From: Sphagnum compactum
Taxonomy: Eukaryota
Direction of reading: 5' to 3'
Length of the DNA: 64,000 bases
NCBI GenBank assembly: GCA_965153455.1
Contig: OZ234493.1
Location: 1,240,001-1,304,000 of the forward strand
The stretch's first letter is position 1, and the number at the start of each line of letters is the position of its first letter. A model generated the notes under the pieces. That model worked only from the letters and a program-made list of their open reading frames with translations. It was not told where the DNA came from and ran no database searches. Below, one piece after another: positions 23,511-37,055 of the stretch. Made by a program: the position numbers and the translations under genes.

Positions 23511-24425
23511 ATTCACATTTCAGTATTTGACCCCTTTCATAAGTTCATACATCCATCTGCACTAGTTTCACTCACTTTTTGGATGATTATTATTTGGCCC
23601 CTTTCCTAATTTCGTCCATTTGCAGTAGCTTCACTTACTTTTTGGATGATTATTATTTGACCCCTTTTTTTATTAGTTCATCCATCTGAACTAGCTTCAG
23701 TTACTTTTTGGATGATTATTTGACCATGTTAGTGAGTTCATCCATCTGCACTAGTTTCAGTTGCTTTTTGGATGATTATTTGACCATGTTAGTGAGTTCA
23801 TCCATCTGCACTAGTTTCAGTTACTTTCTGGATCATTATTTGACTCCTTTCATAAGTTCATCCATTTGCACTGGCTTCACTTACTTTTGGGGATGATGAT
23901 TATTTGACCACTTTAAAAAGTTCATCCATCTGAACTAGCTTCAGTTCCTTTTTGGATGATTATTTGACCACATTATTGAGTTCATCCATCTGCACTAGTT
24001 TCAGTTACTTTTTGGATGATTATTTGACCCCCCCCCCTTCTCTCTCTCTCACTCTCTCATGAATTCATCTATCTGCACTTTTTTAAACTCAGTACTTCTT
24101 GGATTATTATTTTGACCCCCTTTCTAAATTTCATCCATCTGCACTTTTAAAAACTTGCTTCTTGGATGATTATTTCACCGCCTTTCTAAATTCATCCATT
24201 TGCACTTTAACTTTGCTTCTTCGACGATCATTTTGGCCCCTTTCTAAATTCATCCATCTGTACTTTTCAAGCTTACTCCTTGGATGATTGTTTGACCCCC
24301 TGGCCTTTCTAAATTCATCCATCTGCACATTTACACTTCCCAATTCTTGATGATTATTTGACCCCAGCCTTTCAAATTTCATCCAATTGCACTTTTTAAA
24401 CTTACTTCTTGGATGATTTTCATTT
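23511..24425. repeat. ~60-bp tandem array, ~15 copies, with an internal inverted repeat (tggatga...tcatcca)
   Basis: Unit ttttggatgattatttgaccNNNNNNNNagttcatccatctgcactagtttcagttac. Two subtypes are separated by a C/CT tract at ~24028-24058. Confidence 0.93.
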
Positions 24426-27400
24426 CATTCCGAAGAGCAATCTTCGATCGCCTCTTGTTTTCTACCCATATTCAACACATGAGATACGCCCGCTTAACAA
24501 GACCAAAGTGAATCAATTCATCATCCATTGAAAGCCCATTTCATTATATATGACTTAGTTGTGGATGATCCATGTCCCGGGGTTTCACCTTGGTAACCTT
24601 TCCGGTGAGAAAAAGGTCTTGTAGGTAGGTAGGTAAGTAGTAAGAAAATCGATCCTTAACCACGTAAGTATCCACCTGTAAATAGATGGTTAGGAAAGGG
24701 CTTTGGTGGTTCTTAATAGGTAAATAGAAAACTACTAACCAAGCTTAACCATTGTGGTTAACTAAGCAACTAGGAACCAATGAAAAGCATTTCCCCGTCC
24801 ACTCACCATCCATCCCTCATGGTGCATTTGTCACGTCCGTTAACTCTAGCCCTTCTATCATTGGCTTTTTCCTTCAAATGCAAATGATCGTAGTAACTAA
24901 CTAGTCTTTGACCCTGAAACCCTAGTTAGTTAACATTAGTGGGTGTCAAACCTTTGCATATGGTTTTGAGATCATGACTTGTTGCGATTATTAACACCAC
25001 TTTGAAAAGAACTAACGAGAGGAGATCATCCTTCATTTAGTTTTGATGTCTCCTTTGCATATATCGATCACTTATCTTATCCTTTTGATTAAAAGTTATC
25101 AAAAATTATATGAAAGTTGAAAATCTAGACAAAATGCAAGATAAAGTGCAAGAAAACACTCCCAAAAAAAATTTAAAATTCAATGTTGATTTTTTAAAAA
25201 ACTATTTCCATGAGAAGATCGGTATTTTTTAACTAACACTAATCTCATTGGCAAACACTTCAGGCCAACCACATTTACACACACAACAACAACAACAATG
25301 ATCACTCATTTCCACTTTTCTCATGAGTGCTAATCTCCGTTAAAGATAAGCACAAGTTTGATACCCACTAATAAAATGCCCACGGGTATTAAATGATTCT
25401 TTTTGTTGGTGAGGCCAAGGTAAAGATATCAAAAGGAAATTTAGTGACATTATGTTGCCATACATGTTTTTAATGATTTACCCATGGTTCCAATGAAAAT
25501 AACAAAGGAATTTTCATATAAAGCAAGTAATTAACTTTTGATGACAACCTCCCTTGAAGATATTGTTTTAATACCAAATGGAAGACCATTGTTTGAATAG
25601 CAATTGAAGGTGTTATTTTTAATAGCAAAAGTCATTAAATGGATCCATATTCCATTCCAACCTTTCCAATAATGATGTTGTTTTCCTTGTTGCACCTTTT
25701 TAGTTCTATTAACAATGCCACACACAAACATAGGAATCTAACTAAAGTCCTTTCCATTTTGACTCAACTAACAACAAGAATAAACTATATTCAAATGTTC
25801 TTCCATAGCCTATATAGTCTATGAACTCTTCTATTATGAGGGGAACATTGGGGGAGATGGCATGGGGAGTACTCACTTACAAGCACTAGAATGCAATAAT
25901 TGTTTCAAAATGCTTTGATAATAATGCTCACAAAAATATCAATCCAATTTTCCTTGTACTATAAATCCATATTCATGGTCAATAGGCATGTTAGGGGAAG
26001 GGTTTCTTTTAGAGATATTTTGAATATCACATGAGTGACTATCATTACTATAGTCACTTGTGGTTGCACTTTTGACAAATTATGAATATTGAAGGATGAG
26101 GCCACTAGCTAACTAAAGATCGAAAAGAGTCCTTAAAATATGAATTAATAACTACAATGGACATGTTAATAACATGGCACCAAGTAGACCAAGTAGTTAC
26201 CATTTTAGAAGAGTTACTCATTATCATCCTCCATGAAGAGGATTCTAGTGCGATGAATCACTCCTTAATTCTCCTTGGTTAATTTCACACGGCCCAATTT
26301 TTATCTCATATTTCGACAACAATTTACAAATTACAAACCCAAATTATTGGTGTTCTAGCCATTTATAAATTAACATTCACTTTCAAAGCTCAAAATCGAA
26401 CGATTTTGAGTTCAAAGTTTTTAAAAGGACATTCATCCAAGTACTAATAATGATCCTTGCTTGTTCTCTTTCAATTGGGTTTTGGATATGTCAAGTCTTA
26501 GGAACAAAACCAGACTGAAGGAAGTGAATAGCTTTTCCAGTTTATGGAAAATGTGAATATGATCATTATGCTCAAAAGGAGCATATATATATTTTTACAT
26601 GTTTTTGCATATTTTTTACATCAAGCCAAAAATGAACCAACAGCACCCACCAATGAATGCACCACGTGGGATGGATGGTGGGTGGACATGAGTTGACGTG
26701 ATTCATCCATACATGAGTAACAACATGCTTCCAACGGATGGTGCACTAGTACTAATCTCAAGCCCCATTCGGACCCACCTCTTCCACTTCCCACCCTCTA
26801 CAGACCCACCACCTCTCTTCCCACCTTCCACCCCTTGGGTCTATCATGAAGCCCCACCTAGCTCCATTACTCATGTCTCCATGCATGGAGTTGGTTGGGA
26901 GTCCAAGTCCAATTGAAAGGAGGGCCTGCAGCAGGTTTCCTTCCTTGCACCCTTTTGTCTGGCTGGTCTCATCTCATCATACTCAGACTTCGTCTGTTGA
27001 TCTTGTCTCCCCCTTGTCTGCGGTTTGTTGGGGTTTTTTCTTTTTCTTTTTGTGTTTCCCAGATTTCTTCTTAGTTGTTCTTCGGTTGCAGGAAATTAAT
27101 TAATTTGTAACTCAGTAGTACATTACTAGCCATCATCCTCTCAATGACAAAAAGAAATTGTTCAGGGCACCACAAAAGCTCATTCATGGATGACCACAGT
27201 CAGACAAGATCGGTGGGCTGAGAGACATAAGTTATATCCCAGATACATGAAAACAGTGCGAGAACACAAAGTATTGGGTATGATCAAAAACTGGTATATT
27301 GCACTACTTGCACCATGTTTGAGATTGATAGCATTATCATTTATCACATCTAACTTTAGTGTTCATGCTTGAATCTCTCCCTGATTCATAATCAATAATA

Positions 27401-27441
27401 AGTATTGAATTAATATACACTGAGAGAACATTTACATATGT

Positions 27442-27466
27442 CACACACACACACACACACACACAC
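27442..27466. repeat. (CA)n microsatellite
   Basis: Seen directly in the sequence. Confidence 0.9.
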
Positions 27467-29641
27467 GGGTAAGTCAATGAATAGCCGTCAATGTGTGACC
27501 AATCACTCACTAGGCCTGATCAACTAGAAGCAATCCTTTTCTTTTTGCCAATCTTTTGAAACCTTCACTATCCATTGGGTAGCTGCAAGCAACTTTACAT
27601 GTTTTCACAAACCCAATTTTCACACCACTATGACAAGCTTGCTCGCAGCGTCCAAAATTTAATTTGCGGTAAAGACCAATTTACTAGTAGTGATGCAGCT
27701 CGTTACTATATCAGAACTGTCAAGATGCGCAATGTTGTTGGATGGTGGTAGTGCCAGAAATGACACACATACCCCAGCAGCAGAGCTAACAGACACAGAT
27801 CTGACCTCCCTGCATGTTCAAGAAACAAGTCAAATTTTTGTTTAAAGGAGAAAAACAGAGCTCATTATTCACAACAGACAGCAATGTCTTTCAAGGACAA
27901 AACAAAACAACTACTCTTCACTACTCATAGCCGACAGTAGTTCTTTTCAGGGAAATCGGTCCCCAGTGCTCAGTGGTTGTTTTTTCTTCTTGCTAATTTG
28001 GGGTGGGGGGGGGGAGAAAGCAAACGTTGGGACCATTGTTGGCAGGTTTTAGAAACTGCAAAACCACCCCCAACCCCTCTTTCTGGGTATCAGGGAGATT
28101 CTTTAGGTGTATAACCATGGATCTCAAAATCAAACTACCCTGTTACACACCCATTGATCTCAATCTTTTTGAAAAAAACAAATAATCGCTCGCATAAGAA
28201 CTCGTGTGCAGTTTTGTTTGGTGTAGGTGGAGGTTGGCTTACACACAAGCATGATACCCTGTTGACAGAGCATTCTGAAAAATGGTAGCGCATTTCAATA
28301 AATTGCAATGCCCACATCCCGTGGGATATGGGCAGACATTTCAAAAAATTGTAATGCCTTGAAAAATGTAATGCCACAAGCATTACATTTCTCAAAATGT
28401 CCTCTGTGGGCATTATGTTTTTCAAAATGCAAGCAGGCATGTTTTACTTTTTCTCATGATACCCTGCATTGGGTATGTAGTGAGTATCATGGGAATTGTT
28501 TAAGTAAAAAAGCACGGTGGTGTTTGTGCTATGTATAGCCCCATGAGCTTTATGGGGAACTAAAAAAAAGGACCCAAGTCAGAGCCAGAAGAGCAAAACC
28601 CAAAGTGGGTCATTAAGGGGCCAAGGAACAAATAGCTTGTGAGAATTAAGAGCTAAAAGAAAACCTGCTCTCTCTAGAGGTTCTCTGATTCTCACAGTTT
28701 GAAAAAAACCAGAACTGGTGGCTATTTAACAAGAACCAATGCCCACCCAACACTGGTCTGGAGTCTGGACTGAGCCTTCAACCCCACCCTCCCCTCAGCA
28801 GCTAGCTCTCAGGTAGCCAATTGTCAGGGCAGAACAAAAGCTTGTCTTGTTTGGTGACAAACAACAGAAGAGTGTGTGCAGACTGTCTAGCCTACTACCA
28901 CCACCCAGCTGCTTGTTGTGTGGTCTTGTTCTAGAGCATGGTAGCCTGCAGCTCTGATAGCTATCTAAGTACTGTTACAACAACTACAGCTGAAGGGTGG
29001 TGAAGGGTGGGGGTGCAACAAGTGTGTACTACTAGTAGAGTCTGTGGTAACATACTACTGGCTTGGCTTGCTCCCAACTGTGAACATCACCTATTTTGGA
29101 CTAGGTTAATGGCAGGGGCATGACTTGTGTGGGGGGGGGGGGGGGGAAGGGAGGGACATTACTTTTAGTGTCTTCTTCACTGTACTGTTCCAACTTCCAA
29201 GCCCCCATGGATGTGGTTGGTTGTTGCAGCTTGTTTTGTTTTGTTGCTAAGACACTCACAAACAAAAGTGTCAGTAAACTGTCTTTTACCTGTCATACCT
29301 TACTACTTGGTCTGGCTCGTTTGAATTCATTCCTGTTTTGAATGCAATTTTCTTGTTGCAGCAGCTCTCCATGTGCTTCCTAGGAAGGATTCCATGAAAT
29401 TCTTAATGACTCTTTTGTTGCCTTCCAACCCCCCCCCACCCCCTAGCCTAGCCTCTGTTATTGTAGGTACGTACTAACTTTGTTATTTTTGCAACTTTGC
29501 AAATTTTAAGGTTTTTTAATTTTAGCAAAGTTCAAAACAAACATGCATTAATTAGACCAATTTGCATCATCATGTTGTCATGGTTGATTAGATGGAAGTT
29601 CTACATATGGTCATTCCTAATTAGATGTAAGTTCTTCATTA

Positions 29642-31395
29642 GCATGAATTAGGGCAATTTGCATCACCATGGGAGTTTTAGATTTTTTTTAATCTACATT
29701 CTTGTTCTTGGGTGTTTTTAAAATTTTGAAATTTTTTTGTATTTACTTACATTCGACTAACCGTGCAAGTTTGTATGGTTTACAAGAATATGCAATACAT
29801 GCACGGACATCAAAAGTATGAGAATTTACATCCTTTGTGGCTTGATTTTCTCAATGCAATTGCGAAAATGATAGATCTTAAATAGTTGTGTATCAATTGC
29901 TCTGTATTTTGATAAAATGCCTGATGTTTTGCAAATACACCCTTATACATTTTTGCGCGTCCCAAACCAAAGTTTTTCAAACATGCACATCCCATGACTT
30001 GGGATTTTTTTGGAGCACACATCATCCAAAAACCAAACTGGTGCTCATGTAAAAACAACACTGGTTTGGAGATTTGTTTTGGGGATTTTGATGTTGTCAC
30101 TGTGTTCCAATTAGGTTCCCAATGACACTCCTAGTTTGTTCCCCCAAGCTCTACCCAATAGCTCAACACTTTATCCCATATGTTTTGCCCCAAATTCGAC
30201 CATTGTGACCTATACAACTAGGCCAAAGGGAATCTTAGGCTACACAATCTTCCATTTTGAAAATTTCTTTAGTCTGAGGTCCTTTGAATGTTCCCCAACA
30301 TGTTCCCAATAACATCTCCCTTTATCCGATATCCTTTGCTCTAAGTTCTACTCAAGTAACCTATAATAAGCAGCACAAAAGGAGGAGACTTACAATATAT
30401 CTATGTTGGGTCTCATCAAAGCTTGACCTGTTTTTTCAGTGATGGGCCAATCAATGATGCCCATCATCACAAAAGAATAAATAAATAAAATACTAAACTT
30501 TTGGGAGTTGCACTATAACAATAGGTACCCGAGCATGCAGGATTTACCTTCACCATTGATATACATTTCCAGAAAGCTTCCCAACAACACTCATCAAAGA
30601 AAAACAGTTCCAATTGTGATGGGTCTGTAGTAGATATGGAAGCACTCGAGGTTGATCTAATACTGGGCAGTTAACTTCTCAAGTTTGGAAAATCAACTTG
30701 TTGTGCACAGAATCCACCAGACCCACAATCTGTCTGAGTTGTTGAACTCTAACAAATTTTAGTGCAACTCTAATGGGATACATACTACTACCTATTCCAA
30801 TGTACTATTCCAAGAGTACCTACCATTGATTGATATGACCTCTCTGTATTACTCCCAAGATTAACAAAGTGCTGGAATAGGTAGTAGTGTATTATAGTGA
30901 TCAATGAGGACTAATCTGGAAATCTTAATTGAGTCTTCTGACTGCATGCCCTTCCATACAGATTTGGGTTGAACCAAATTTGTAGTGCAATCATTTTTGA
31001 GGGAGGGCATATACACCCACCACCCTGGAGCCTGCGGATTTGGGTTTTTGGACATGTGAAAATATATACAGACGTGCTTGCAAAACATTAGTCATTTTAT
31101 CCAAATATATAGCAATTGATACAGAATTCCTTGAGATTTATATCACATGTTTTCTATCGCAATATTGAGTTGAGAAAATCAAGTCACAAATAGTATGCCT
31201 ATTGACATCCTCACATGGATTGCATACGGTGCTCCTGCAAACCATACAAACGATGCATGATCAGTGATCAGTCAAATGTGAGCTACAATATTGAAAATGT
31301 TCAAAAACACCCAAGAACAAGAATGTAGATTAGAGAATGCAGACATTACTTCTAATCATGAATGATAGCATCATGCAAATTGCCCTAATTCATGC
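29642..31395. repeat. Long diverged inverted repeat (arms ~29642-29975 and ~31040-31395, ~1 kb spacer)
   Basis: gcatgaattagggcaatttgcat, aatctacattcttgttcttgggtgttttt, gtttgtatggttt, ttgattttctcaa and tgtatcaattgct all recur as reverse complements, in mirrored order, in the right arm. Confidence 0.85.
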
Positions 31396-33149
31396 CCATC
31401 CCTTACCCAATCCCAATCATCATCATCATCATCATCAATCGAAGCACTCAAATCCACGTACATGAGCCAACAAACCAACCTCTAAATCTTCATGTTAATT
31501 TATTAGTGACTAACAATAAGTAATTTTAATCAAATAAAAATAATTGAAAACAATTGTCAACTTGTAATCAAATGATGGGGATCAATGTCATGTAGTCACT
31601 TGAATGAGTGAAAAAAATGGGTAGTTACCACCAAGTTGAAAATTGCAAACAATTGGATTTCTAGTTGTTTGTGATTGGTCACTTTTGACAAGCTCGTAAC
31701 AATTGGTCACAAAAAAGTAATCGCTTGTGAATCATGATCTAAGAATCAATCAATTTGTTTGTGACTACCATTGTAGTTTGGCAAATTTGGCAGTTTTGTG
31801 TGCTGAATATTTAATTATATTTTCAAAAACATCACCAAAATTGAAGAAATTTAATAAAATATTCGGTGAAAGTACTATTTAATCGTCATTTTAATTATCA
31901 AGGTACCTTATTTTCCAGTAAAATATTAATAGATATTTCCAAGATTTCAACACTAAACTATAAAAATTTTGGAACTTGCTGAATTTTTTTAATAATGCTG
32001 AATTTGTCAACCCAATACAGTAATCGCGTAAGATCATGTGTGATTGATTATATTCATAAGTAGTATATTATTAAAATGAAAATATGATATGATATTTCAT
32101 CATTCATACAGAAATTATTTTTATGTAATTGAATTAACCTCGCAATGTATTTTTTTCTCTATATAAGAAACCCAACATTTTTTTTTTCAATTTCTTGATT
32201 TTGTAGTAATAGAATGTTTTATTAAAAATAATCTTACATAAAAACACACATTTATCCATTTTTTCTAAAAACTAAGATCACCACATAGTAAAAATTTGCC
32301 CAAAAGGAAAATCAATGTGTAAGATCAACATTTTTAGGTGAAATGTTTTTCCAATGGCAAACATTCCCATATTTTGATAATGAGATTATTAACACAGTAT
32401 TAGCAAGTTATGATATTGAGATTCTATATTACCATTTCAATTACTCTCATCCAATACTAATGTCAACACAATTTTAAGATGTATCATGTTTTGAAATATT
32501 AGAATACTTGGCTATTAAAAACATAAAAGGAAAGAAAAAAAAAATCTTGTATTTTTCTTACTACCTACTTGAACCATGTATAGGATTGTAGCAATTTTTA
32601 ATGGAGTTTTTTTTTAATCTTTTGATTTTGGTGATTTTTTTTCAAAAAATCAATGAAGTTGCAACCAAAAAATCCAATTTTTTTTTTTAAAAATTCCCCT
32701 CTAATATGTCCAATTATAAAATAACATGCAATTTCAATATCAAATCGATGAATTCATAAGCAACATACATGATGATCTCAATTACAGGCAAAGGCACATT
32801 TTGACAACCTACCCAATCATTTCCACAAACATACATCACCATAAGGTATCCACATTAGTGAATTATTATAAGTATAATTGTTCAATTGTGTGTAGGATCA
32901 TCACAACTAACTAGTACTCATAAGTACATCTAGGACACAATTGTCTCACAACCATTAACTACGTTTGGCATAAGGTTCATTCACATGTAGCTATTGTTTG
33001 CAAAATATTGACTATAAGACAATCACCTTATGTATTTTCGATATTATCATGTGCATTCATGTAGCTTACATGACAAGTGTGGAGCTCAAGTCATAAGAAA
33101 ATGAGGCACGACCATGAGTAGGTCAAGATTGGAATCACACTTTGCAAGT

Positions 33150-34560
33150 TGGTGGTAGCAAATTGGGTGACTAGGATAAAGAAGCTAACTTCACGAGATC
33201 TTTCATTTTTAACGATATTATGTCAAATCAAAGAATTAAGGAACAAATTAGTTAACCTTGGAAATGAATTTGAATGGATCCTAATGAAGGAGGAGTCAAA
33301 GTGGGTTGCTACTTCCTCAAACTTCATTGTTTTAGACCCATGTGCAATGTTATTTCCCTTGACAAGGAGAATAGGTATGTAGGGCCAAATTTAAAGAATA
33401 TGAGCAACAAAGTACAATGCGGAACAAATCAACAATTGAAGGTGATTTCTAGCTAACATTTATGATGAATATAGTAATTTGAAAACACCCAAGCTTCAAT
33501 ACTATAACATTTTGTCAAGATAGGGAAATCCTTAAACTCTCTATCAAAACCTTAGGGTTGCATTGTTTACTTTCCACTCTTGGGTTTGTTTAGCAAACAC
33601 ATCCATGCATTCCCTTATGTTTGTATGTTGTTTTCCAAAAGCTTTCATTGTTTTTTCCCAAATGTTCCTAGTCATTTCTATTAAAGTTTTGAATTTCTAA
33701 TTAAAATCATCATATAGTCGATTTATGTGCATTTACAAGTCATCAAAATCTTTGTCTACTAGAGTTTGGATGCCTCCATGTGCAAACATAGTTAGAGGGT
33801 ATATAAAAATAAATTGTCATAAATTCTAAATATACAATAATAATAAGAGGAGGCACCTATACAAAGTTCTTGTTTAAAGGACATAATACATTTGTAACTA
33901 TTGTAATTTAGGGATTCACAAAACATGTCTAATTTGAGATAGCTAATTTAATATCACTAAATCTCTAATTTTTTTGAGATAAATTTTTTTGTTAAAGGCA
34001 TCATTTCCCCTTGCAAATTGAAATATTTTCTAATATGTGCTTAATTATTATATTTTACGTTGAACATATTTGCACATTTTCATTTGTGTTCTTCCATGCT
34101 TTAACTTTTGACTCGAATTTGAAACTTTTTTGGCCTAATAGATTATTTTCAAAAAGAGCATGATATTGGACCTAAATTCTAACTACATTTTACTACCCTT
34201 TTTAGATTGTCAATTGTTTCCATGCATTATGCATATAGTCCCTTTGTTAGTTAATAATACCTTGTTGAAGGGAATGTGAAGCACCTATCATTCGTAAAGC
34301 GCTAGATTTCAAACAAGTTTCCCACCTTCCATTTGCAAAGATCAAAACATTGTTAAACAAAATTACTAGCTAATTGTTTTGAAACAACCTTGGAATTGCA
34401 AGTACTTGAGCTTTTCTTGGGCGAGGCCTTTAGGCAAGGACTTAGGATTCACTTGAGTCTACAACACCTTAATGCTAGAAGTACTTTGAGCCTATTATGG
34501 ACACAAATAGGTGATCTTCTAATACACTTATATACAATAGCTAGATTAAAAGATTAAGTG
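33150..34560 (+). pseudogene. Possible decayed LRR-protein fragments
   Basis: RIKKLTSRDLSFLTI (~33175) and LANCFETTLELQVLEL...AFRQGLRIHLSLQHLNAR (~34365-34480) fit LxxLxL spacing. Motif resemblance only. Confidence 0.25.
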
Positions 34561-35447
34561 CTTTGGACTTAAAGCTCTTGAAGTAGGTAAGGGGAAGTGA
34601 ATGATTTTATTTTCCACTTATTTTAGACATCTACTCCATTATTATGCATCTCGTTACATTTTGTTTATGTACAATTTTGATTTGATTGTAGCACTAATCT
34701 TATGTGAAGGAATACTACAAATTGTTGTGTATGAAGTTATATATATATATTTTTTATTTATTCACTTATTTATTTATTCAATTTTGTGATATTGCCATAA
34801 TGGCAATCATCCACAAGGAGATTTAGCCATGTTAAAACTTCAACCTCCTCAAACTTCATTGTTTTAGACCCAAAGGACCTATAGTCTAAATATGGCAATC
34901 TCAACAATTTTTTTATTTTTTAAAAATGTGGCGAATTTGGGGGATCTTTTGCCCATAAAATCCTTTGTAGAAATTACAAGCCCTCTTTTTCTTTTGTCGC
35001 CAAATGGAGAGATTTTGCCAAAAAGAAAAACATTACTTGGGAGACATTGGCAAAAAGGACAAGTTGGACTTGAGACATAGAAGCATGGGCCATATTCCAA
35101 AAATATTAATATTCCAAAAAAATCCAATAAAATAGAGCCTAGGGTTTCCATTTAAATCCCACCCTTCCTTTGGCTTTTTCCCTCTCAAATTTTCCCTCTT
35201 CTTTAGGAGACAAGCAGAAGACCAAGAAGAATGTGGCATAATTTACAAACATGATAGTATTATTATTAATTAATTAATTAATTATATTGGCAAAACACAA
35301 GGGCTATGGGAATGCCAGAATAAGGGGAGATCCTACAGAACCATGGCAACCCTTTAGCCGCAATGGTAAGGAAAATCATATGACAAAATAATTTTAAGTT
35401 GCCTGATTATTAGGCAGCATTATTGTTAGGGGGGCTTCCACATTAGG

Positions 35448-35590
35448 TGGATGGATGATGGATGGATGGATGAATGAATGAATGGATGGATGGATGGATG
35501 GATGAATGAATGAATGAATGAATGAATGGATGGATGGATGGATGAATGGATGGATGAATGAATGCATGGATGGATGGATGGATGGATCGA
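35448..35590. repeat. (GGAT)n/(GAAT)n compound microsatellite
   Basis: Seen directly in the sequence. Confidence 0.95.
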
Positions 35591-37055
35591 TGATGGCCCA
35601 TGGGATGGGACTAACTACACACATGGCTTCATAATATGCAAAGAACTGCTAAAATCTTTTTAGTGTATGTGGAGGGGTGCCTTTGCCCTTGTGACTATTT
35701 TTTGCCTTGACATAGGCGACACCTTACACGGTTATATACCAGAACCGGGTCTTTGACCTCCTTAGAACCGCCGTTAAGAATTGTGAAAACCGTCCTGATA
35801 ATAATCGATGGTGGTCTGTTGTTGTCCCCCTTTCTAATAACCGCCCAACACGGACTTAGACCCAAGATTTTATTTTATTTTAAAAAGATTTTGTGATGTA
35901 AAGTGAAAATGGCGATTGTCCATAAAATAATTTAGCCTAATTCAGCTACGTACCGTATAAGAAAGTAGGAAAAAAAGAAAAATCTTTCTATATTCTTGAC
36001 TACCTACTGGAACTTATCCTTAAAATATGGCAATTTGGATTTAATTTTTTTTCTTGGAAACCTGGCAAATTTGGGCCATTTTTTCCATGAAAAGTCGTTT
36101 TTGTGTAGGTTGAAATCATATTATTCAGGTCAAATCTTGACAAATGTGGACCCCCAAAAAAATAATTTTTTTATTTTTCAAATTTTGATTATTTTTTCAA
36201 GGAAAAGAGGGAATATTGTGACAAAATATTCCCTTTTTATTTTCTCAAAAATCTGCATTTGGGTGAAATTTCACACAAAGAAAAACGTTGCCACAATGAC
36301 CGATTTATCTCACGGTTATTAACCTTGTACCAATTTATCTCACGGCTTTCAAATACCTAACCTAGTACCCAACCCAAAATAACCACCTGGTATATTATTA
36401 GTGGGTTTTTGTAGGTAAAAACTTAACATGAAAAATAAAAACCTTCATTTCCAATCCTCAAAATTGCCAACCCACACCGATCAAAAAGCAAGTTAAAAAA
36501 GAGATTTGGAAATGGAGCTAAAATGGGAGAAGTTTAGCCAAATGAAAGGCAATAAGCTCAAAGATTTGGAATGTTTAAAAAGGATTCAAAGAACTTGATG
36601 ATACAAAACATGCAAGAGTTATGGTCACTTTTTAGTTTTCATCCAAAGTGATAGCTAACCCCATAAGGATCTTGACAAAATCTCTCTACCTCCACAATCA
36701 CTAGAAGCAAGGAAAAACAAAAGTAAAAATTGCCAAAAAAATCATATTTGATTTTCAATGTGTAGCCAAAAATATAGAAAGATGAATACAAATTTTTGTA
36801 CTTCATATCTGGTTTATAGCCAGATTTGGCTAAATCTTACTAGCGATGCGCAGATGCATCAACTCCATTAGCATGAGATCCACATTTGCATTTGTCATTG
36901 TTGGATGGCTTGTGATATTACCTTGTCCACCATCCATTACATTTCAAAAACTTTGTTTTAAACATATGAAACTTTCACAATGTGCTTGTCATTAGGATCT
37001 ACACTTGGTCCTCATGTCCATCATTTTAACAATCATATTATGTTCCATTGGAGAA

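Noticed and set aside
23511..24425. CRISPR array
   Set aside because: Eukaryotic context, no cas genes, and the variable segments are mutually homologous rather than unique spacers.
28770..29020. miRNA hairpin (miR156/319/535-like words; accccaccct...agggtggggg arms)
   Set aside because: No full match to a conserved mature miRNA that I recognise, and the pairing is limited to short outer arms.
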